A stretch of DNA of 64,000 bases from Hypanus sabinus (taxonomy: Eukaryota). The position numbers and the translations under genes were made by a program. The stretch is taken from positions 33,294,001 to 33,358,000 of the forward strand of contig NC_082732.1 in the NCBI RefSeq assembly GCF_030144855.1. The letters run 5' to 3'. Every line of letters starts with the position of its first letter. Within the stretch, counting starts at the first letter, position 1. Shown one piece after another: positions 62,113 through 64,000 of the stretch. The notes under the pieces are model-generated. The model was not told where the DNA came from, made no database searches, and saw nothing but the letters and a program-made list of their open reading frames with translations.

Positions 62113-62790
62113 TAGTGCTGGCTGTCGACTACAGGAGGAATGGAGTCAGGCTCACCCCCATTGACATCAATGGATCTGGGATTGAGAGGGTGAACAGCTT
62201 TAAGTTCCTCGGCATCCACATCACCGAGTATCTCACGTGGTCTGTACATACCGGCTGTGTGGTGAAAACAGCACAACAGAGCCTCTTTCACCTCAGATGG
62301 TCCTCAAATCCTAAGGACTTTCTACAGGGGCACATCTGAGAGCATCCTGACTGGTTGCATCACTGCCTGGTATGGGAACTGTAACTCCCTCAATCACAGG
62401 GAGAATGGTGCGGACAGCCCAGCGCATGTGAACTTCCCACTATTCAGGACATTTACAGAGACAGGTATGTAAAAAGAGCCCAGAGGATCGTTGGGGATCT
62501 GTGTCACCTCAACCACAAACTGACCCAGCTGCTACCATCTGGGAAACGATACTACTTTAGCCAGGACCAACGGGCTCCCGGACAGCTTCTTCCACCAGGC
62601 TATCAGACTGATTAATACACGTTGATACAATTGTATTTCTATGCTATATTGACTGTTCTATTGTACATACTATTTATTACAAATTACTGTAAGTTACACA
62701 TTGCACATTTAGATGGAGATGTAATTTAGAGATTCTTACTCCTCAAGTATGTGAAAGATGTAAGAAATAAAGTCAATTCAATTCAATATT
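62113..62790 (+). mobile_element. Rex1/Babar-type LINE 3' fragment
   Basis: ORF 62115-62339 (ERVNSFKFLGIHITE.LTWS..AQQ.LF.LR); aataaagtcaattcaattca tail. Confidence 0.88.
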
Positions 62791-64000
62791 AGAACAGAGG
62801 CCGATTTGGGTACATCGGCTATCTGACCAGTCTTAGCGTCTGTGATCACTGAAGCAGTTTAAGGCCGTGTGAAGTGAATCTTTTTTTTTGTACTCCTGCT
62901 AATGAAAGTGAGTGAGGGTGGATGAAAGGCAAACATGACCCCTTGCTACAGAATCGGAGCAGGAGAAATGAGCCATGAAATAAATATTTTTAAACGTTCA
63001 GACAAGTGGCAAGGAATGTTGTTACTTCACTCTGAGCAAAGTTTTGAAATCAGGGAGGTGGTGGAAGGTGGGGGTGGGGGGGGGTGCTGACAGAGTGAAA
63101 AAGCTCCAATCTTCCTAATGAAGTTATCAGCTCTTGGGGACTACTTGTTGTGGTTTGAAAAGGAGCTGAGGAATTTGCTACATCCAGCTGCACTTTGATG
63201 TCTCTTTTCAGAAACCCTGAAATTCCAAATCCCCACTCTTCTTAAAGATGCCTTACCTTTCAAAGCAAGCAGTAGGTTGTAATCTTCTCTCTGCAAACAT
63301 TGCTAGTTAAGGAACCTATTGAGAATATCTTTCATTTTGATAAAAAAAATTCCAAGATTGTCAACTTGGACAGAAAAATAGTTTTGGGGAATTCAGGACT
63401 TGGGAACATAAGTAGGTTCAGTCAAAATGATTTTGCAAGACTGGTAGTGAAAATACAAACTGCAGATATTTCCTGACCATCTCCCTGTCTCTCCTATGTC
63501 CAACATAGCTGAGCTTCTTTGTTTGCCTGTCCTTAAAGAATTTATTAGTAGAGGAGAAGATCTAAGAGACCCACATGTCACAACAACTTGCATCTCAGGG
63601 TGCCTCACAGAAGTGTTGTCGAATGTCATTTGATACTGATCAACATGAGGAGTTATTTGGACCAGCGATCAAAGCTGGATGAGCGAGATAGGTTTCAAGG
63701 AGAAATTTAGGAGAAAGAAGTTGGAGAGGCCGAAAGATTTATGATGAGAATTTGAGAGTACGGGGCAAGGCAGCTGAAGATAAATGGAAACCAGGGATAT
63801 ATTCCACTGCACCACAAATTATTTGTTCCATGAAAGAATTCCTGCTAAAATGCAAACTATGTTAAATTGTTAGACCACAACTGTGTGATGTACTGGGAAC
63901 TAATTTTTGAAGGATTTCAGTGCTGTAGAGATTTATTGTTCTGTTGGATGCAGGCACTTTCCATCGTACAATGCAATGGGGATGTGGCCTGAGGAACATC

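Noticed and set aside
1-64000. CRISPR array, rRNA, prokaryotic operon or viral insert
   Set aside because: I saw no regularly spaced repeats and no such coding content; the recognisable content fits vertebrate intron plus transposons.

Overview
This is vertebrate intronic DNA, very probably from a cartilaginous fish (ray-like). That assignment rests on the repeat content, recognised from memory: HE1/V-SINEs, CR1/HER1-like LINEs and elasmobranch-type Penelope modules. The only host coding sequence I can support is one 105-bp, phase-1/phase-1 exon on the + strand (26217-26321). It encodes a six-cysteine EGF domain matching the first EGF of MEGF6, although the paralogue EGFEM1 is not excluded. 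The rest appears to be the two flanking introns, densely filled with nested transposon relics. These are CR1, Rex1/Babar, L1 and RTE-related LINE pieces, tRNA-derived SINEs, two solo LTRs, and Tc1, pogo/Tigger and hAT non-autonomous DNA elements. There are two assembly gaps. Nearly all long ORFs in the supplied track are TE fragments or chance ORFs. The most interesting layer is a dense set of Penelope-like element (PLE) terminal modules carrying minimal hammerhead-ribozyme motifs. One has a fully intact fold (21062-21099, minus strand) and one has an intact core on the host sense strand (about 52628-52665). A 96-bp module is inserted alone with a target-site duplication (TSD), and a composite non-autonomous PLE derivative occurs twice. 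I see no evidence for a wholly new protein-coding system. Boundaries of old repeats are approximate, and family names come from recalled consensus features rather than database searches.
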